DNA of 64,000 nucleotides from Lentimicrobiaceae bacterium (GTDB lineage Bacteria; Bacteroidota; Bacteroidia; Bacteroidales; UBA4417): NCBI GenBank assembly GCA_028697555.1, contig JAQVEX010000002.1, positions 11,677 to 75,676 of the forward strand, read 5' to 3'. Shown piece by piece: positions 45,734 to 56,028 of this stretch (position 1 is its first letter; each line of letters starts with the position of its first letter). The notes under the pieces were generated by a model. It saw only the letters and a program-made list of their open reading frames with translations, ran no database searches and was not told where the DNA came from. The position numbers and the translations under genes were made by a program.

Positions 45734-48700
45734 TTAGAATTTTATCAGTTTAGCACCTTTGTGAGTTTTGTTTCCTGAGTATTTCACATTAATTTGTAAT
45801 GCATAAACGCCTTTTTCCAAATGATTTTTACTCATAGCATTGCGCCACTCAATAGGTCCTATGTGGAATCCTTGCGATTTATATCTGCGGTTTGGAATAT
45901 AACTGACCTGTTTTCCTGTAATATCAACTAATTGAACCAAAACATCTACATCTTCATCGAATAAATTTATATCAAATTCTAAAAAGAAATATTGGTCAAA
46001 CGGATTGGGGTACACATTAACGTTGGTTATCTCAATTTCAAAATCGTCTATTACTTCAAATTCTATGGAAGCCGTACTCGAATTGTTTAAAATATCCCAC
46101 GCCTTAAGTGTAAGCGTGTGTTTGCCAACTTCCAAATCGCGGAATTTATATCTCACCAATCCCGATTTATATGTATTAGTATCAGCTGTGTAGTAGTCGT
46201 TTAGTTGAATTATGTTTGTAATATCGTCGTCTAAATAAGCCGTAATGCTGTGTCCAATACTGTTTCCGGTGGTGTTAATGCCTTGCTCGTCAGAAAGTTT
46301 AGCCAACAAAAGCGGATGTTTTGAAGTTTTATCTCCGCTTACAAAGTAAAAGTTGTCCATATACAGTTTTATTATCGGACCTTGGTTGTCGTCAATTTGT
46401 TGTCCGGCGCCGCCTATAAATATAGTAGTGTCAAAACCGTTGGCATCTTGCAAAGAATTAAAATCGTATGCGTAATACGAAATTTTTCCTTTACCGAATG
46501 AGTAATCTATATCTTTTGGAATAATAAAAGTAGCTTCAAAATCGCCGTTTTTAACTTGCGATAAGCCCCTGTACAAAACATTATTTTGAGTAACAAACGA
46601 CCTTACGGGACTTTTTGGAGAATTTCCCAATGTTTGGTGTGTTTGCGGCTTATCTATAATTTGGATTTGTACAATGCCGTTAAAATCATCAATTTTGCGA
46701 CCTTGCAGGTTTGTGATAATGCCTTTAAGAGTAAATTTTTCCATTGCTTTAAGCGTGTCGGAAAACAAGTTAATGGCAATATCGTTGATGTGAGTTGTGG
46801 CAACATTCAATTTAGGTATTCCTAATTGGAGAGCAGGATCACCAAGTAGTATGAAGTTTTTCGAGTCATGATTGTTTCCGGTTTGGGCTTTTGAGTATGC
46901 CAAAACATCTCCAAATCGTGGCAATTCGTTACCTTTTATGGAAAAGATAGTGTCGTAAAATGCAATAGAAAGGGTGTTGTTAGTTCCTGTGGTAGCTAAT
47001 CTGGTTGTAGTAAAAAGTGCAGGAGAACCACCGCTTGGATTTAAAAACACCAACTCGCCTGCAGATATAAATTCGGGATTATCGTATGGGGCAAACTCGC
47101 AGGTGGCAGTCATGTAAATAGGCATTTTGTTGTAATTTGTCATTGCCTTTATTTCGGGTATGGTAAGCACGCCTTCGTGAGCCAAACCCCTTTCGCCGCC
47201 GTGTCCGGTATAGTTAAATATTAAAATACCTTCGGATATTTGTTTTTGTATGTCGGTGTTTACATCGGGGTACGAGTGTCCGCTTGCGGTGGTTACTCGT
47301 TTGTAAGCATCTAAATATATTTTTCGCAAGTTCAGAACGGGAGCATTTTTGCCAATAAGTGGCGAAAGGTAGTCTTCGGGGTGGTTTATGTGAGCGTTGT
47401 TATCTTGGTCGTCGGCTACTAAACATATTTTGTTTCTCCACTCTCCAAGGCTTTGTTTAGGGCTTGTTGCGTAAAAAATAGTTTTATCGACGGCAATTTT
47501 GGCTTCTTCCAAGGTTTTAACAGGGAACCTGCCTATGCCCACATCAGCACTACCGTTAGCATCTTCTCCTTCTTGTGGGTCTAACAAAACAAAAAAATCG
47601 TCGCATTGAGTAGATGCACCAAATGATACAACATTGCCTTTATTCTGGAAAGTAGGTATAAAGTTAGTGTTGTTAGCTATGCGATCTTTATAATCAAATG
47701 AGCCGTCGCCGAATAGTAGCACATATCTGAGTTTGTTACCTTCGCTAGGACGGTGATACAACATGCCTATAAAGTTACGAATAGCCGAAACATCTTGCAT
47801 TCCCGACGAAAATTCGTTGTAAATCTTTTTTACAGGAACTATGGCTGTTCTGAATCCGTCGAAATTTTCATGGAAAGTAGCTAAACGCTTAGCTTCCTGC
47901 TGAAATGGCTCGTAATATATAATCAACATATCTATGTTGTTGATGCTATGCAGATTCTGATTTTCAACTTTTTCTACAAAAGTTACACTCAAAAAGTCAT
48001 TGTTACGGAAGGCTATAAACTCGCGTAAAATAGGAGTTTCTACGGTAAATGACATTGAGTTGGCAGCACGCACGGCATCAATATTTTTCACTTTTGTAGG
48101 GTCGGTAACTTCCCAAATATTAATATCGGCATTGGTATTAGATAAGGTGTATTTAGTTATTTTATTGGTTCCTATGCTCTTCGGGTCGGCAAAGTTCATC
48201 TGCGAGCCGTGCATCACCAAATTTTTTGTAACAATTACCTGAATATAATTAAGCCATAATTTGTCGGCACCTGCACCGTTAAACTTAACTGATACGTCGA
48301 GTTTATCGCTATTGGCTTTAACAATCTTATGCCCTTCGCGATAGTCGGCAAAAGCGTGACTAGAGTGTGGTACAAAAGAAATTACTGCAATCGAATTTCC
48401 GTCGCAATATATGTTTGCAGTTTTAGGTTGGGCAACATCGGCTAAAACACCGTATCGTACTTTAATATCGCTATTTGCTACAACATTTGGAAAATTAAAA
48501 GTAGGTACTTGTATTATGTTGTTTATAGGATTTGCTTCTTCACCAATCCATTCTTTTCCCGAAGAAAGCCTGTTTTGCAGTTCACTTTCGTGATACAAAC
48601 ATTCTTGAAATGTTGTAGATGTTGTATTTGGCGTTTCAGTTGAAAGCGTTTGATTTTGGATTCTTAATCCGTTGCTGCCTTCACAATTCAAAAAATAATA

Positions 48701-49552
48701 TGTGTAGTCGTCGTATAAATGCAAACTGTGAACATAATGCTTTAGCCTCGAATCGTATTTAAAGGTATTGGGAGATGTTCCGTAAAACAGAATGTAATCG
48801 CCGTCAATAAACTTGTCAGGAAATTTGCTTATAACCTTTATAGCATTTTCTTCCAAATCGTCGAAAACTTGCAAGCTGTTCTTTTCGGGGAGCATTCCGC
48901 CGCCATAGCCGTACAGCTTAATATTGTTGGGAGTAACGTTACTCATGTTTATACCCATTTGTTGCATATCGCTGTACGTAATTTTGTACACACCTGTTTT
49001 GTTTAGCTTGATTTTGTACCAATTACCACTTGCCAATTTTGAATTATCAGCATAGCGAAACTCAAACGTACTTCGTTTTTGTGTAGGAATTACGACTATA
49101 TCTATAGTAAAAGAATTTATTTTGAAGTAATTGTTGTTTTCATCTTTAATAATTGGAACAAACGAAATGTTGGCTATAGCTGTGCTACGACTATAAGTTA
49201 CATGAGCTTCTATTTTGTTTGTGTCGGCTGTGGCGATAGGTAGTTCGAGTAAATTAATTAAGTCAGAGCTAATCGGTTCATAAGTTATATCGGTGATTTT
49301 TACATCGCATTCGTTAAAACCTTTTGGCAAGAAATAGCTATAGTTAAACAAAGGATTATAATCTTGCGTTGGGTCATTATATAAATTGGCTGCCTTAATC
49401 AAATAGGTTCCTAAATTTTGCTCAAAAGAAACGATAGGTTCATTCCATTTGATAACAAATGATTGCTTGTGTTGAGCCATGCTATTATTAAACGATAGCA
49501 ATATTAGTAAGCACGTGAGAAGTATGTATAAGTTAACTCGTTTAATAGTCAT
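45734..49552 (-). CDS. porU: Type IX secretion system sortase PorU (C25 peptidase family), long form
   Basis: 1272 aa with a signal peptide. Motifs: LLFGDGSFDYKDR, NYTGHGGERGLAHE and ATCEFAPYD (His/Cys dyad). C-terminal CTD (VYPNPF...). Adjacent to porV. Confidence 0.85.
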   Translation of the reverse strand: MTIKRVNLYILLTCLLILLSFNNSMAQHKQSFVIKWNEPIVSFEQNLGTYLIKAANLYNDPTQDYNPLFNYSYFLPKGFNECDVKITDITYEPISSDLINLLELPIATADTNKIEAHVTYSRSTAIANISFVPIIKDENNNYFKINSFTIDIVVIPTQKRSTFEFRYADNSKLASGNWYKIKLNKTGVYKITYSDMQQMGINMSNVTPNNIKLYGYGGGMLPEKNSLQVFDDLEENAIKVISKFPDKFIDGDYILFYGTSPNTFKYDSRLKHYVHSLHLYDDYTYYFLNCEGSNGLRIQNQTLSTETPNTTSTTFQECLYHESELQNRLSSGKEWIGEEANPINNIIQVPTFNFPNVVANSDIKVRYGVLADVAQPKTANIYCDGNSIAVISFVPHSSHAFADYREGHKIVKANSDKLDVSVKFNGAGADKLWLNYIQVIVTKNLVMHGSQMNFADPKSIGTNKITKYTLSNTNADINIWEVTDPTKVKNIDAVRAANSMSFTVETPILREFIAFRNNDFLSVTFVEKVENQNLHSINNIDMLIIYYEPFQQEAKRLATFHENFDGFRTAIVPVKKIYNEFSSGMQDVSAIRNFIGMLYHRPSEGNKLRYVLLFGDGSFDYKDRIANNTNFIPTFQNKGNVVSFGASTQCDDFFVLLDPQEGEDANGSADVGIGRFPVKTLEEAKIAVDKTIFYATSPKQSLGEWRNKICLVADDQDNNAHINHPEDYLSPLIGKNAPVLNLRKIYLDAYKRVTTASGHSYPDVNTDIQKQISEGILIFNYTGHGGERGLAHEGVLTIPEIKAMTNYNKMPIYMTATCEFAPYDNPEFISAGELVFLNPSGGSPALFTTTRLATTGTNNTLSIAFYDTIFSIKGNELPRFGDVLAYSKAQTGNNHDSKNFILLGDPALQLGIPKLNVATTHINDIAINLFSDTLKAMEKFTLKGIITNLQGRKIDDFNGIVQIQIIDKPQTHQTLGNSPKSPVRSFVTQNNVLYRGLSQVKNGDFEATFIIPKDIDYSFGKGKISYYAYDFNSLQDANGFDTTIFIGGAGQQIDDNQGPIIKLYMDNFYFVSGDKTSKHPLLLAKLSDEQGINTTGNSIGHSITAYLDDDITNIIQLNDYYTADTNTYKSGLVRYKFRDLEVGKHTLTLKAWDILNNSSTASIEFEVIDDFEIEITNVNVYPNPFDQYFFLEFDINLFDEDVDVLVQLVDITGKQVSYIPNRRYKSQGFHIGPIEWRNAMSKNHLEKGVYALQINVKYSGNKTHKGAKLIKF

Positions 49553-49560
49553 ACACTTGT

Positions 49561-52500
49561 TTATTTTATTTTAATAATTTTCCCATGAGTGGTGTTAGCT
49601 AAGCCTTCAGATGTTTTAATGCTGATATTAAACAAATAAAAACCTGCCGGTACATCGCGACCGTTGTCGGAGCGACCGTCCCATTCAATGGCTTTGCTAA
49701 TTGAACCAAACTGAAAATCGGTACTTTTTATTGTTCTAACCAAAACTCCCGACATGGAAAAAATATTTATTACGATTTCAAAAGTAACGTTTTTCTGATT
49801 ATGCTCGAAAATGATATTGGTTTTATCTGTAAACGGATTGGGATACGCAAATCCCCTGTTGACTTGAAAAATATTTTTTTCGGTAACCGTAAAGTTAATC
49901 CTTGCACTAGATGAGTTGTTAAAAATATCCCACACTTTAAAATCGATATGATGTTCGCCGGGGGCAAGGTCAATAAACGGAAACTTAACTACACCTTTTT
50001 TGTACGTATTTACATCCGACTCGTAGAAGTCGTTTAAAATATACGGATTGGTATAATTGTCGTCGAGAATTGCAGTAATTTCGTGTCCTATGCCTGTCCC
50101 TACGGTATTAATTCCGCTTTCGTCTTCAAGCACTGCAATAAACCAAGGATTGGGGTCGGTTAAGCCGCCATCGACAAAGCGTAAATCGTTCATAAACAAA
50201 CTGATATTAGGACCTGTGTTGTCGGTAATGTAAAAGTCGCTTTCGCCACCTATAAGCGGAGCAAAATTTCCCCAAGCATCATCGACAAAGTTAGTAGCGT
50301 AATAGCTTATTTTGCCGTAATCGATAGTGTAGTTAATATCTTTTGGCATTTGAAAAACCACTTCAAACAAACCGTTGGTAACCATTGCTTTACCCCTATA
50401 TATAATATTGTTTGAAATTTGAAAACTTGTAGTAGCACCGCTGTCGTTGCCCAAAGTACGGGTAGTTGTAGGTTTGTCGTAAACGGTGGTGGTTATCACT
50501 CCGTTGTAGTCGTCGATAAGTCGGTTGTTGTGGTCAAAAATTCCACCTTTTATTTTTACTTCGTCAAATGCTTTAAGAGTGTCGGTATTAGTGGTGTCCT
50601 TATTGTTGATAGAAAGAGTTAAAACCTTATGATACGGCAAAGCCGCTTTTGTAGCCGGATCGCCTAACAGGACTATTTTTTTACTGTTTTCGCTGTAAAA
50701 CTCTTCTTGTTTGGCGTGTTTGATATAATCGCCGAGTCTGAAAAAGTGAGCCGAGTCGGGGTCAAAAGCCTTTTGGAATAATTTAGTAATAAAAGCCAAA
50801 TTTGGCGGTCCGAAAGTAGCTCTGGCTGTTGTAAACAACGCAACGCTGCCGCCATTAGCTTTGTTTATAAGAAGTTCGCCGGCTGAAACTATAGCGGGGT
50901 CGTCGTAGGGAGCAAAACTGCAAGTACCTGTAACAAATATTGGCAAGTTAAAGGTGTTTTCAAAGTTGTTTATATCGTCCATGGTAAGGACTTCCTCGTG
51001 AGCCCAACCTGTGTAACCGCCATGTCCCAAATAATTGATGAACAAACAACCTTTTTCCACATCTCTTGCTATGGCTTTGTTGACTTCGGGATACCTGCTA
51101 CCGCTTGAATTTGATTCTTGTACGTAAGCATCTAAATAAATTTTATTGATATTTACATTTTTATTGATGGCATCTATAGCATTAACAATGTATTCCGAAT
51201 CATTTATCAAAGCATTATCTTCTTCATCGTCGGCTACAAACGTAATTTTCGTACGCCAATTTTTCATGGTATTGGAGTCGGGCAGGTGGTAGTTGATAAT
51301 TTTATTTACAACATTTTCGGCTTCAACAGTATTTTTAACCGGCAACCTGCCTATGCCAATATCAACGATATCGTTAACAGCATTGCCTTCGTTTTCGTCC
51401 ATATATCCGAAAAAATCATCGGAAGCTATTGAGTTCAATGGGTCTAAAGATTCGGTAGTTTGATGGGTAGGCACAAAATTAGTGTTTGGCGAAATCCTAT
51501 TTTTATAATCGTATGATGCATCTCCCATAAGAAGCAAATACTTAGGTCTTGTGTACTTGTTGCCACGCAGGTACAGCATTCTCACAAAATCTCTTATAGC
51601 TGCAACATCTTGCTTTCCACCCGAAAATTCGTTGTAAATTTTATCTAAAAGAACAACGTTGGCACTCAAATTAGAATAATTTCCGTGAAAAGATGCAAGC
51701 CTAACAGCCTGCTCGTAAAATATTTGCGGTGTTATTATCAGGTAATTAGCTGGACTTATACCGTGCAAATTCTGATTGTCAATCCTTTTTATGTTAGTGG
51801 GAGTTTCGGCTTTTACATACTCAAAAGCAATGTACTCGTGTAAAGTGTCAACCGAATTGTAAAACTCAATACTGTTGTTTTTGTGATGGCATTTCACTTC
51901 GCTACATGCAAATGGGTTGGTAATATCCCAAACCACAACATTGTCGTTTGTGCCGGATAATACGTATTTTGCTACTGTGTTTCTATTTATTGCCGAATAA
52001 TTTCTAAAATCTAAGAGTGTGCCAAAATACTGTAGCTTGCACGTAGCATTAATATTTATGTAATCCAAATAGCCAATTGCATCAATATCGGGTTTGTTGT
52101 ATTTCATTTCCAAATTGATATTATTGTCGGTATTTGAAATATCCCAAAATAAAGTGTTTTGCCTTGCAAGAAAAGTCCCGTAACCTCCGCCGATACCCAT
52201 AATGTTAACTTGTTTAACATTATTGCCGACTTTAAGAGTAAAGTTGCTTGGAGTTAACGATTTTGCCGCTAACAAAACTTTCATTTTAACAGGTTTGCCT
52301 AAAATTCTGTTAGGAATGTTGAAGGGGTAATTTCTGGTATCAACCATATCAAACATATCGCCAAACCACCTTTTGCCCGATTTCCCCAAATTGAAATTTT
52401 CATCTTCAACAAATGCACGGTATTCGTACTCGTTAATAGTAATATTATTGATAGTGGGCAAATTTGTTTCGTCAATACTCAAAAGACTTCCCCTATCGGT

Positions 52501-52959
52501 AGTAAAAAAGTAATACGAAGTATCGGAATATAAGTTTTTTGTGTGAAGCCACATTCTGTTAACAGTGTCATAATTCCATGTGTTGGTACTGTTGGCATAA
52601 AACAAAATCATATCGCCTTCGTTAAAAGTGCCGTCTTCCAAACCAATAGCCTTTATTTTTATTTCTTCAAGGTCGTCAACACGTAAGTTACTATTGCTTT
52701 CGGGTAGCATTTGTATATTTCCCGAAAAAACACCTATTTTGTTTGTATTTAGGGTAAGCGGGTTTACGCCCAATGATGTAAGTGTTGAATAATTTATGGA
52801 ATAAACGCCGTCTTTTGTTATGCCAATCTTGAACCACGTGCCTGTAGCTAATTTACTTTCGGATTTAAACAAATCGCTGTCTGTCTCCTGACTGTAGGAG
52901 TTGTTAATTCCCACTAAGGATATAATGAATAATATAGAAAGAAAGTAAAACAGCTTCAT
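49561..52959 (-). CDS. Second PorU-family C25 peptidase (divergent tandem paralog)
   Basis: 1132 aa with a signal peptide. Same motif set: LLMGDASYDYKNR, NYLGHGGYTGWAHE, GTCSFAPYDD. CTD (AYPNPF...). Lies 8 bp upstream of porU. Confidence 0.8.
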   Translation of the reverse strand: MKLFYFLSILFIISLVGINNSYSQETDSDLFKSESKLATGTWFKIGITKDGVYSINYSTLTSLGVNPLTLNTNKIGVFSGNIQMLPESNSNLRVDDLEEIKIKAIGLEDGTFNEGDMILFYANSTNTWNYDTVNRMWLHTKNLYSDTSYYFFTTDRGSLLSIDETNLPTINNITINEYEYRAFVEDENFNLGKSGKRWFGDMFDMVDTRNYPFNIPNRILGKPVKMKVLLAAKSLTPSNFTLKVGNNVKQVNIMGIGGGYGTFLARQNTLFWDISNTDNNINLEMKYNKPDIDAIGYLDYININATCKLQYFGTLLDFRNYSAINRNTVAKYVLSGTNDNVVVWDITNPFACSEVKCHHKNNSIEFYNSVDTLHEYIAFEYVKAETPTNIKRIDNQNLHGISPANYLIITPQIFYEQAVRLASFHGNYSNLSANVVLLDKIYNEFSGGKQDVAAIRDFVRMLYLRGNKYTRPKYLLLMGDASYDYKNRISPNTNFVPTHQTTESLDPLNSIASDDFFGYMDENEGNAVNDIVDIGIGRLPVKNTVEAENVVNKIINYHLPDSNTMKNWRTKITFVADDEEDNALINDSEYIVNAIDAINKNVNINKIYLDAYVQESNSSGSRYPEVNKAIARDVEKGCLFINYLGHGGYTGWAHEEVLTMDDINNFENTFNLPIFVTGTCSFAPYDDPAIVSAGELLINKANGGSVALFTTARATFGPPNLAFITKLFQKAFDPDSAHFFRLGDYIKHAKQEEFYSENSKKIVLLGDPATKAALPYHKVLTLSINNKDTTNTDTLKAFDEVKIKGGIFDHNNRLIDDYNGVITTTVYDKPTTTRTLGNDSGATTSFQISNNIIYRGKAMVTNGLFEVVFQMPKDINYTIDYGKISYYATNFVDDAWGNFAPLIGGESDFYITDNTGPNISLFMNDLRFVDGGLTDPNPWFIAVLEDESGINTVGTGIGHEITAILDDNYTNPYILNDFYESDVNTYKKGVVKFPFIDLAPGEHHIDFKVWDIFNNSSSARINFTVTEKNIFQVNRGFAYPNPFTDKTNIIFEHNQKNVTFEIVINIFSMSGVLVRTIKSTDFQFGSISKAIEWDGRSDNGRDVPAGFYLFNISIKTSEGLANTTHGKIIKIK

Positions 52960-52964
52960 TAGTG

Positions 52965-52972
52965 CAAATTTA
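52965..52972 (-). promoter_or_regulatory. Bacteroidota -7 promoter box (TAAATTTG) 5 nt before the ATG of the upstream porU paralog
   Basis: Reverse complement matches TAnnTTTG. The spacing implies a leaderless mRNA. Confidence 0.4.
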
Positions 52973-53106
52973 ATGCAACGGTATTAACTATCAAAAAACG
53001 AGATTTTGTTTTTTATATTGTTTGATAAAATAAAATCTTGCAATAATTACATTAAATCGTCGTTTTCCGACAAATACCTTTGATTGCAAACATATTGTTG
53101 GCTTTT

Positions 53107-53274
53107 AAGTTGCGTGTTGCGTGTTACGGGTTACGTGGTAATTATCAATTAACAATTAGTAATTAATTAATAATTGCACCCCGAAGTTTCGGAGCTGAAT
53201 GACAAAAGCCACCCATCACTAATCACCAACCACCAAAAAGCCAACAGCTAACGGCTAACAGCTAATAGCTAAGC
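53107..53274. repeat. Heptamer/palindrome mosaic element E5
   Basis: Ten in-phase 7-mers at 53107-53176 running from G-rich to AT-rich (AAGTTGC GTGTTGC GTGTTAC GGGTTAC GTGGTAA TTATCAA TTAACAA TTAGTAA TTAATTA ATAATTG). Imperfect palindrome CCCCGAAGTTTCGGAG at 53179-53194. C-rich and AGCTAAC-type 7-mers extend to 53274. Confidence 0.9.
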
Positions 53275-53371
53275 ATAAAAGACAAATATAGGATATAACA
53301 TAAAAGGACGTTCTTTTTCTGACAGTAATAATATTAAATGCACCTAATAAACAATTATAATAAAAAAATAG

Positions 53372-53379
53372 TATTTTTG
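53372..53379 (+). promoter_or_regulatory. Bacteroidota -7 promoter box (TATTTTTG) for porP/sprF
   Basis: TAnnTTTG match 19 nt upstream of ATG 53398. It lies inside the longer ORF-track call, which favours the 53398 start. Confidence 0.45.
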
Positions 53380-53397
53380 CTGACTAAAGTAATTCAA

Positions 53398-54390
53398 ATG
53401 TACTTTAAGAAAGGGACTTTGGTTATAATTTTTTGCTTATTTGCTGTGTCGCAGATGGTTAAAGGACAAGATGTTGTTTATTCGCAGTATTACGGCAATC
53501 CTGTCTATCTGAATCCGTCTTTGGTTGGCAATAAGGTAAATCCGCGTTTGTCGCTTATTTATCGCAATCAGTGGCACAATATAAACAAAGGATATGTAAA
53601 TTATGGAATTAGTTATGATCAACATGTAAGAAAAATGTCGGGTAGTTTTGGAGTTATATTAAACAATGATGTATACGGTGGCGGATTGTGCAGCAACTTT
53701 TCGGGTAGCATAATTTACGCTTTCCAAACCTACGTTTTTAATGACTTTACTGCTTCAATAGCGTTGCAATCGGGGTTTTTTCAACGAAGCATCAATACCG
53801 ATAAACTAGTTTTCGGCGATCAAATAGTTCCGGGTTCGGGACAAGTTTTGCCGACAAATGAAGAAATTGACCGCAACAAAGTTTCGGATTTGGATTTCGC
53901 TACGGGCATTACAATAGGTTACAAACAAGACTATTACTTAGGTTTTGCGTTACATCATTTAACCAATCCCGATATTTCATTCATAGGCAACGATGCACAC
54001 AAATTAAACACACGAATTACTTTGCACGCCGGAGCAATATTTGATATTGGATATTACAGTACATATCCGGCTGTCGGGTCAAAATCAATTTCTCCAAACG
54101 TATTGTTTGTTAAGCAAGGCGATTTTATGCAATTGAGTTTAGGAACATATTTTAATGTTTATCCCCTTACTGTCGGATTGTGGGGCAGGTACGCTTTCGA
54201 CAATTTCGATGCTTTGGTAATGCAAATAGGAATTGAACAAAAAAAATATAAAATTGGATATAGTTTCGATTTCACTTTATCCAAACTGTCAATTAATTCG
54301 GGAGGTGCACACGAAATTTCATTTTCGTGGATTTTCCCTGTAATAAAAAATAATTTTAATCGTTATACAATAAATAACCCTGTTAATTAG
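53398..54390 (+). CDS. Type IX secretion system membrane protein, PorP/SprF family
   Basis: About 330 aa from MYFKKGTLVIIF. Signal peptide followed by the family motif QDVVYSQYYGNPVYLNPSLVG. Beta-barrel-like. Confidence 0.8.
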   Translation: MYFKKGTLVIIFCLFAVSQMVKGQDVVYSQYYGNPVYLNPSLVGNKVNPRLSLIYRNQWHNINKGYVNYGISYDQHVRKMSGSFGVILNNDVYGGGLCSNFSGSIIYAFQTYVFNDFTASIALQSGFFQRSINTDKLVFGDQIVPGSGQVLPTNEEIDRNKVSDLDFATGITIGYKQDYYLGFALHHLTNPDISFIGNDAHKLNTRITLHAGAIFDIGYYSTYPAVGSKSISPNVLFVKQGDFMQLSLGTYFNVYPLTVGLWGRYAFDNFDALVMQIGIEQKKYKIGYSFDFTLSKLSINSGGAHEISFSWIFPVIKNNFNRYTINNPVN

Positions 54391-54416
54391 TTATAAGCTA
54401 ACAAAATCTAACTAAA

Positions 54417-55913
54417 ATGCTAAAAAGTAAAATTTCAATCTTAATCATTGCAGGCATCTCAATGCTTTTGATGTCATCTTGCAGTTTGTTTAACAAAAAA
54501 GAAAAATCCAATACAACTGGGTGGAACTACAACGACCCCAAAAACGGAGGTTTTGAAGTGGCTGATTACAAAGAACCCATTACCGGACCAGGTTTGGTTT
54601 TTATTGAAGGTGGAACGTTTACAATGGGACGTATAGCCGACGACCCAATGTACGAATGGCATAATATACCAAGAAGAGTTACGGTTCCAAGTTTTTACAT
54701 GGACGAAACCGAAGTAGCCAATGTTGATTATGTCGAGTATTTGTATTGGTTGGGACGCGTTTTCGGAGGAAGTTACCCCGAAGTGCTTCGCAAGGCATTA
54801 CCCGATACACTCGTTTGGAGAGAAAAATTAGCGTATAACGAGCCCCTTGTAGAAACCTATCTTCGCCATCCGGCATACAAGAACTATCCGGTTGTGGGTG
54901 TTAGTTGGGTACAAGCCAATGACTACTGCATGTGGCGTACCGATAGGGTTAACGAAATGCTTTTGGTTGAAAAAGGTATACTTGATTTCGATCCTACTCA
55001 AAAAGATGAAAACAACTTTAACACCGAGGCATATCTCGTTGGACAATACAAAGGATTGGTTAACAAACCTTTGAAAGACTTAAATCCTAACGGAACAGGA
55101 GAAAGAGCAGTACGCATAGAAGACGGAATACTATTACCCAAGTATAGGCTCCCAACTGAGGCTGAATGGGAATATGCAGCATACGGACTTATAGGAAATA
55201 CCCATTTAGAAAGAGTTGTTGAAAGAAAATTGTACCCATGGGGCGGAACAGTACTTCGTACCGATGAAAACAAATATTACGGTTCTTTTGTTGCTAACTT
55301 CAAGAGAGGAAAAGGTGACTACATGGGTGTTGCAGGCAACCTAAACGACGGAGCCGATATCACAGCCGAAGTTGGCTCATATTGGCCCAACGATTACGGC
55401 TTGTATAACATGGCAGGAAACGTTGCAGAATGGGTGCAAGACGTGTACCGTCAGCTTACTTTTGAAGACTTTGAGGATTTCTCACCATTCCGTGGAAACG
55501 TGTTTACAGCACGTGTAACCGATGCCGAAGGTTATGTTGTACCGGTTGACAGCTTAGGTAGAGTCAGATACCGCCCAATTACCGACGAAGAAGCTATGAA
55601 CAGATTTAACTATCGTCGTGCTGATAATATTAACTATAAGGATGGAGATTATCAGTCGCAATTAGACGCAGATTGGTTAGCTGCCGCCGAATCGGAAGAT
55701 ATAGACCGAAATGAAGAAACATCTAAAATGTATAATTACGGAGTAACTACACTTATTTCCGACAGAACAAGAGTTGTTAAAGGTGGTTCGTGGAAAGACC
55801 CTGCATTTTATCTATCGCCATCAGCTCGTAGAGCATTAGACGAAAACATGTCGACCAACTACATAGGTTTCAGGTGTGCCATGGGGCGTGTAGGAAGCTC
55901 AAAATCAAGATAA
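54417..55913 (+). CDS. gldJ: Gliding motility / T9SS lipoprotein GldJ (SUMF1/FGE-fold family)
   Basis: 498 aa with a lipobox (LLMSSC). FGE-sulfatase-like domain split as in GldJ, ending in GFRCA. Next to porU/porV. Confidence 0.8.
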   Translation: MLKSKISILIIAGISMLLMSSCSLFNKKEKSNTTGWNYNDPKNGGFEVADYKEPITGPGLVFIEGGTFTMGRIADDPMYEWHNIPRRVTVPSFYMDETEVANVDYVEYLYWLGRVFGGSYPEVLRKALPDTLVWREKLAYNEPLVETYLRHPAYKNYPVVGVSWVQANDYCMWRTDRVNEMLLVEKGILDFDPTQKDENNFNTEAYLVGQYKGLVNKPLKDLNPNGTGERAVRIEDGILLPKYRLPTEAEWEYAAYGLIGNTHLERVVERKLYPWGGTVLRTDENKYYGSFVANFKRGKGDYMGVAGNLNDGADITAEVGSYWPNDYGLYNMAGNVAEWVQDVYRQLTFEDFEDFSPFRGNVFTARVTDAEGYVVPVDSLGRVRYRPITDEEAMNRFNYRRADNINYKDGDYQSQLDADWLAAAESEDIDRNEETSKMYNYGVTTLISDRTRVVKGGSWKDPAFYLSPSARRALDENMSTNYIGFRCAMGRVGSSKSR

Positions 55914-55926
55914 AATAAAATTTAAA

Positions 55927-55959
55927 ATCCCATTATTATGTTTATAATGGGATTTTTTT
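55927..55959 (+). terminator. Rho-independent terminator after gldJ
   Basis: Perfect 10-bp stem, ATCCCATTAT (55927-55936) with ATAATGGGAT (55944-55953), followed by a T7 run. Confidence 0.8.
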
Positions 55960-55960
55960 G

Positions 55961-55968
55961 TAACTTTG
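55961..55968 (+). promoter_or_regulatory. Bacteroidota -7 promoter box (TAACTTTG) for murF
   Basis: TAnnTTTG match 61 nt upstream of the ATG. Confidence 0.45.
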
Positions 55969-56028
55969 CAAAAAATAAAACCTATTTATCTTATTGATAA
56001 GTAGGTTATTTAATTAATTTTTAGCAAT

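Noticed and set aside
54417-55913. SUMF1/FGE-fold protein as a sulfatase-maturating enzyme
   Set aside because: The lipoprotein signal, the domain split, the size and the position next to porU/porV all fit GldJ. No sulfatase gene is nearby.
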